DNA from: a bacterium
GTDB taxonomy: Bacteria > UBA8248
Assembly (NCBI GenBank): GCA_965213625.1
Contig: CBDBZU010000004.1
Span: 96,001-160,000, forward strand
Reading direction: 5' to 3'
DNA length: 64,000 bases
A program made the position numbers and the translations under genes. Shown here one piece after another: positions 59,366 through 64,000 of the stretch (position 1 is its first letter; the number at the start of each line of letters is the position of its first letter). The notes under the pieces are model-generated. The model saw only the letters and a list, made by a program, of their open reading frames with translations, was not told the DNA's origin and searched no databases.

Positions 59366-61591
59366 TCACCCCACCCTGTTCACGTAAATCGGACTCGACC
59401 AGGCCTGGCCACCGTCGACCTGCAGGACGCGCACCCAGTAGGGGTTGCCGGCGTCGGTGGAGGCGTCCTCGTCCGTGAACTGAAAGCGCGCGCTCCAGTC
59501 CTTGAGGGTCGGGGCGAGTTCCGAGACAAGTACGCGGATGTTCACGCCGCCGGCTTCGATGATGGTGGGAGTCTCTGTGATATCGCCCAGGGGAATATCG
59601 AAACTCTTGACGCTGCTGAAGAAGGAGAGCGTGGCGTCGGCGGGGGCGTCCAGGTCGATGAGCACGCCGTCCGGATCGCCCGAGGTGGCGGTGGCGAAGC
59701 GGAGCAGCTTGTTCGATACGCGGGTGATCGCGTCGTCGTACTGATCGAGCGCGTAGGGCGTGTGCGAGAGCATCGCGCCCTTGTCGAGCGCGATGCCGCC
59801 GCGCCATTCGACCTTCTTGTCGCGCCCGCTCTTTTGCGTCACCCCGCTCCACTGCACGCGGACCCGCCGCGCGCGGGACTCGCCCTGGACGGCGTTCAAG
59901 GGATGGCGGTGGATGGTTTCCCCGCCGCGCTTCAGTTCCACGTCCAGAAGCGGCGCCGTGCCGTGGACTTCCACTTTAATCGTCGGCGGTCCTTCGGCCT
60001 CCACCTCCCCGCCCATGAGGGCTTCGCCGCATGCGGTCTTCAAGTAAATGCGCTCGCCGTTCGTGGCGTAGGTCCTCCTCGCGCGCATCGCCTCCCAGAC
60101 GGCCTCGCGCGTGAGTTCGCGCGCATAGAGGCCCATCAAGCCGCCCTTCACGTCGAAGGTGACGACGTTGTTAGAACGCCTGTTGGGATAGACCAGCCCC
60201 TGGCGGCCCGTGTGATCGTCGCTCCCGCCGATGAAGCCGACCCTAAAGCCGCGCGCGAGCACTTCTTCCGCGAACCACTCGAAGGTGCCGTGGTGTGAGT
60301 GGATTTCCGCGAGATGCACGAATTCGGGATCGAAGAAATCGAGGTTGCACGCCCGCCCCCCCACGTGGGCGACGCTCATCACGTCCGCGCGGCCTCGGAA
60401 GGTCTCCCAAAGCGCCGAGATGGGGAACCTGTCGTCATGAACATCCGATAAATCGTCCACGCCCGCGTGTGAGCTTCTGTGGATTACTCCAGCATCGCCC
60501 GCGTAGTAAATGTTGTAATCGCCGCCGCCCGAGCGCGTGCCTGACCATTCATAGCCCAGGAGCGTGACGAAGCGGCCCGGTTCGTTGAATGCCTTACACT
60601 CCCGAACGACCTCCGCCCAGTCTTCCTTGCGGACCCTGAAATCGTTACCCTGCCACGCGGCGACATCCACCCCCGCCTTGTCGCGCGCGAAGCGGAAGTA
60701 TTCCTCCACCGTGCCCGTACCGACCGTGGAGCGCGTCTGTCCGTGGATGTCCCCCCAGAAAAGCGAGTAGGGATCGTCAGGCGCTTTTGGCAGAATCGGC
60801 GGACTTAAAGAGACCAGCCCCGCCGGGTCCTCGAGTCTTAAGCGATAAGGACCCTCGCCCGTCAACCTCGCGCCGCCTATGCGCTTCACGCCGCCGTCAT
60901 CCGAGGTGAATTCCACTTTACCTGGGGCCTCATCCTCATCGCGCCACCGCGTAAGACTCTTGTTGACCGATACCTCTCCCGTGAATTCCTCCGCCGGGTT
61001 CCCCCAGCTGTCCACGCCGCGCACGATGGCGGAGAACGTCTCCCCCCGCACGGGCGTCTGGGGACACGCGAGATGCCAGGTTTCTGGCGCACCGCCCACG
61101 ACGCGGATGTCCGGATCTTCGGCCAGCTCGTAGAAATGCTTTCTGTTGAATGTGTCCACCACGATCTTGAACGTGTGGCGCGTCTCGGGAAAAGTCTGCG
61201 CGCGGATGCCGGGACCGCCGCCTGTGGTATCGCCCAGGATGAGCGTTACCTTATCGCCTTCGCACAAGAAACCTTTCGACACGCGGACCGCGACGCCGGA
61301 GCGCCAATCGTCCAGATAGCCCTGTTCCTGGTAGGAGAGTGCAAGGCCCACATTTTCGTTCGAACACGTGACGCTCACATAGCCCGACGCCGCCGGGTCC
61401 TCGAACTGGGGGATTTCCATGTCGCTCGAGAGCCGCTTGCACACGAGAATCTGCGCGCCCTCATCCACCCCGTACCTGCCCGCCGTGAAGATGATTTTTC
61501 TGGTGAAGAACGCCCCCGCCACGATGGGGGTTTCGGGCTCCACGCGGGCGCTTCCTACGTCGAAGCGGTAGGGGTCGAGTCGCTTGTCCAT
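59366..61591 (-). CDS. DUF3604-type large PHP-like metallohydrolase
   Basis: FWGDIHGQ, GYEWS, GFIGGSDDH.G, RRTYAT.G and YWVRV.Q.DG..AWSSPI motifs. Confidence 0.8.
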   Translation of the reverse strand: MDKRLDPYRFDVGSARVEPETPIVAGAFFTRKIIFTAGRYGVDEGAQILVCKRLSSDMEIPQFEDPAASGYVSVTCSNENVGLALSYQEQGYLDDWRSGVAVRVSKGFLCEGDKVTLILGDTTGGGPGIRAQTFPETRHTFKIVVDTFNRKHFYELAEDPDIRVVGGAPETWHLACPQTPVRGETFSAIVRGVDSWGNPAEEFTGEVSVNKSLTRWRDEDEAPGKVEFTSDDGGVKRIGGARLTGEGPYRLRLEDPAGLVSLSPPILPKAPDDPYSLFWGDIHGQTRSTVGTGTVEEYFRFARDKAGVDVAAWQGNDFRVRKEDWAEVVRECKAFNEPGRFVTLLGYEWSGTRSGGGDYNIYYAGDAGVIHRSSHAGVDDLSDVHDDRFPISALWETFRGRADVMSVAHVGGRACNLDFFDPEFVHLAEIHSHHGTFEWFAEEVLARGFRVGFIGGSDDHTGRQGLVYPNRRSNNVVTFDVKGGLMGLYARELTREAVWEAMRARRTYATNGERIYLKTACGEALMGGEVEAEGPPTIKVEVHGTAPLLDVELKRGGETIHRHPLNAVQGESRARRVRVQWSGVTQKSGRDKKVEWRGGIALDKGAMLSHTPYALDQYDDAITRVSNKLLRFATATSGDPDGVLIDLDAPADATLSFFSSVKSFDIPLGDITETPTIIEAGGVNIRVLVSELAPTLKDWSARFQFTDEDASTDAGNPYWVRVLQVDGGQAWSSPIYVNRVG

Positions 61592-61650
61592 CAGGATGGT
61601 TCCTCAGGGTTTGTGATGTTCAAGAAAGTAACCGCCCGGCCTCACGCTTC

Positions 61651-62406
61651 TTAATCCGAGTAGGCGCGGGCCTCGTCCACGAAGCGGGAGAAGAGTTGCG
61701 CCGCTCCGTCCATATCGGCGTAGCCGTAGGCCGACATGGATTCGGGGTGCCACTGTACGCCCACGACGAACTGGTGCGAGGGAGACTCGATGGCCTCGAT
61801 GACGCCGTCTCCGGTCTTGGCCGATACGCGCACGCCCGGCCCCACCTCGCGCGCGCTCTGGTGGTGGTGGCTGTTCACCACGGACGAACTCCCGAGCACC
61901 TCGCCCAGGATGGACTCGCCGATCTCGATTTCGTGGAAGGTGTAGGTGTTCTCGTCCGTGTTATCGGGGCGGTGCGTAAGCGCGTCCGGCACCTGGGAGG
62001 GGATGTCCTGATAGAGCGTGCCGCCCGCCGCGATGTTGATGACCTGCATGCCGCCGCAGATGCCGAGCACGGGCATGTCGCGCGACATGGCTCCCCGGCA
62101 GGCCGCCATCTCCGCCGTCTCGCGCTTGGGGTTCGTGGGGCTGCACTCGGGAATACGCTCCTCGCCGTAAAGCATGGGGTCGATGTCGTGCCCGCCGCCC
62201 GAGATAATCAGCCCGTGGATGCCGGTGAGCAAGGAGACGCTCGCCTGCTCATCCTCCACCGCGGGGAGCAGCAGGGGCGCGCCGCCCGCCTTGATGACGG
62301 ACTCCACATAGGCGTCCATGAGAACGTGACGCGGGCGCACCTTGGGTTCTTCGGGGTAATTCCTTTTGCCCACGTCGCAGGTGATTCCGATTCTCGGCCG
62401 TTTCAT
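61651..62406 (-). CDS. Peptidase C26 gamma-glutamyl hydrolase (PuuD-like)
   Basis: GG.DIDP..YG, LGICGGMQ..N, VNS.HHQ and VQWHPE motifs. Confidence 0.92.
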   Translation of the reverse strand: MKRPRIGITCDVGKRNYPEEPKVRPRHVLMDAYVESVIKAGGAPLLLPAVEDEQASVSLLTGIHGLIISGGGHDIDPMLYGEERIPECSPTNPKRETAEMAACRGAMSRDMPVLGICGGMQVINIAAGGTLYQDIPSQVPDALTHRPDNTDENTYTFHEIEIGESILGEVLGSSSVVNSHHHQSAREVGPGVRVSAKTGDGVIEAIESPSHQFVVGVQWHPESMSAYGYADMDGAAQLFSRFVDEARAYSD

Positions 62407-62700
62407 TCGTTGCTGCCTCCCTTGCCAGAAACACAAAAAAATACTGAAAACCCATCAAAAGCGCACGCACCTATGAATCTCAGACGGAATGCGAATATCA
62501 CCACATTTCGGGCGAAACGAAAACCACCCGCCCCCGAAAGCCGAAAACGGGTTACGCCTCAGGCCTACTGCGGCGCAGGGGTGGATTCCGGCGTCCGCGC
62601 ACTTTATAGTCCGAAGCGAGTGTTCCAAGACACGCTGCCGGATAAATCCCGCGCCGGATGCGGATCGTTTTGTTCGAGGCTGTATGGAGGTTTATCACAC

Positions 62701-63006
62701 TTGTTCCGTCTTTACTTCACGCGCCTGATACTGCCCATCGTCTTCGTGGCAGGGATGGTGGCGATTCCCTTCGTCTGGCTGCCGGAAATCACGCCGCCGG
62801 AGAAAACCCCCGCTGCGCAGAAAGCCTCGGGCGAGGTGGATAAAAAAACCAGGCGCGCCACGCCGTTCCAGAAGACGATGACGATAGGCTTCGCGCTCAT
62901 CCTCGTCTCGGTGACGGCGGGGGGCTACATGCTCTACCGCATCACGCGCTCCCAGACGGCGAGCTGGCGGCGGCGCTTCGCGCCCGCGAAACGCCGGGGG
63001 CGGTGA
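62701..63006 (+). CDS. Hypothetical 2-TM membrane protein
   Basis: GGAGG RBS before TTG 62701; two hydrophobic segments and a basic tail. Confidence 0.55.
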   Translation: MFRLYFTRLILPIVFVAGMVAIPFVWLPEITPPEKTPAAQKASGEVDKKTRRATPFQKTMTIGFALILVSVTAGGYMLYRITRSQTASWRRRFAPAKRRGR

Positions 63007-63185
63007 GGGCGCGAACCTTCCCTTCTCGGGGTTACCCCACAGGACGCGACTACAGATAAAGAGCACATGATTGCAAGTGCGTATTTTTGCGCCCGTCCTC
63101 TCCCGGTTGATTGCGGAGGGTGGGCGATCGGATATAATGAAATCAACCACAGCCGCCAGGGGACCCAACTCAAAGGAGAAAGCAC

Positions 63186-63548
63186 ATGACAACCTTTGAA
63201 AGTTGGAGTCTCCTCGCCGCCTATCTCAACCTCATCGCTTCATTCGGCGGACTCGGGCTGCTCTACTACGGCATCCACGTGATGGCGCGCGGCGCGGAAA
63301 TGCGGGCGGCGGACTCCGAGAGCAAACACAACGAAAGGATGGCGGAGTCCCGGCGCAGGGACGAAGAAGCGAAGCGCAGGCACGACGAGTGGATGCGCAA
63401 GCATGATGAAGAGTCCGCGAATTCCAGGCGCAGGCATGAGGAGAGAATGACGACCCATGCCGAAAGCCGCGATACTTTACGCGCGCTCATCGACGGACAG
63501 GCCGAAAGCCGCATGGCCCTGCGCGAACTCATCGAGCGAACCGGTTAG
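63186..63548 (+). CDS. Hypothetical protein: N-terminal TM plus charged helical repeats
   Basis: AAGGAG RBS, one TM segment, repeated (R/K)H(D/E/N)E..M units. Confidence 0.7.
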   Translation: MTTFESWSLLAAYLNLIASFGGLGLLYYGIHVMARGAEMRAADSESKHNERMAESRRRDEEAKRRHDEWMRKHDEESANSRRRHEERMTTHAESRDTLRALIDGQAESRMALRELIERTG

Positions 63549-63712
63549 CAACGGCGAGCGGATACAAAAGCCCTCCCCTATGAACGCCGCATCCCGAGGG
63601 ACGCGCCGCTCAGCACGGACGACCCCGCCGCGAAGGCCAGGCACATGAGATGGGTTGCGGTATGTTGACCTGCCCCAAGAATGTGATTATTTTTATGGAA
63701 AGGAGGCGCGAC

Positions 63713-63850
63713 ATGGCCGACACGGAAATGACCCGCACCCCGATTCCAAACGAGGAAACCCGCGAAGCCATTCGGCAGGCGCGCGCCGGGGAAGGGCTGA
63801 GCACGTATAGCGGCGTCGAGGAGTTGATCGCCGAACTCGACGATGCGTGA
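63713..63850 (+). CDS. Short RelB/DinJ-like antitoxin (C-terminal toxin-binding part only)
   Basis: AGGAGG RBS; PNEETREAI..AR.G.GL..Y..VEEL..EL resembles the DinJ C-terminus. Confidence 0.7.
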   Translation: MADTEMTRTPIPNEETREAIRQARAGEGLSTYSGVEELIAELDDA

Positions 63851-63900
63851 ACTTCGCGCAACCACGTAGTTAAAAAGAGACCTCAGAATAAACGCTCGTA
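63843..63900 (+). pseudogene. Remnant of a YafQ/RelE-type toxin
   Basis: ATG 63843 overlaps the antitoxin end and reads MRELRATT*LKRDL, resembling the YafQ N-terminus (T.QFKRD.K), with TAG at 63867. Confidence 0.55.
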
Positions 63901-64000
63901 TAATCTGCGATTTTTCCGTATTCCGAACGACGCACTGCATAATATTCGCTAAGCGCGAGTGATATCCTTAACCATCACGTCTGCAGTGATCAGGTACTTG

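Noticed and set aside
61696-63006. 436-aa plus-strand ORF
   Set aside because: Mostly antisense to the C26 hydrolase; only the last ~100 codons look like a real membrane protein.

Overview
This is a 64 kb, GC-rich (roughly 60-65% by eye) bacterial chromosome segment. It has a one-piece tmRNA and a KdsD homolog, so the host is probably Gram-negative and not an alphaproteobacterium; the taxon cannot be fixed from sequence alone. Housekeeping blocks are polA-phosphoesterase-rnr-smpB-ssrA, kdsD, yebC-ruvCAB, nfuA and ychF. These are interleaved with catabolic and accessory genes: (i) a region downstream of ssrA with a TAXI-TRAP transporter, a DapA-like lyase, ppk1-ppx, hicBA, a sulfatase and a one-gene NYN-nuclease islet bounded by a duplicated tmRNA 3' end; (ii) a six-gene cluster (split B12 acyl-CoA mutase, CoA-transferase, HAD hydrolase, crotonase, 3-sulfinopropionyl-CoA desulfinase-like enzyme) in which most enzymes carry non-canonical active-site residues, the best candidate for an undescribed pathway; (iii) a GntR-headed cluster (M24 fold, LeuA-like, maleate isomerase-like, alpha/beta hydrolase, Zn dehydrogenase, two bicupins); (iv) an amino-sugar operon joining AmgK and NagZ with an MshA-like glycosyltransferase, a PIG-L deacetylase and two GNATs. 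Five dispersed ~180-250 bp elements share GGGGTTGTTGAAAAA-type terminal inverted repeats but enclose different REP-like palindromes. No CRISPR array, rRNA, tRNA, integrase or transposase was seen. All family assignments come from motif recognition by eye, not database searches.
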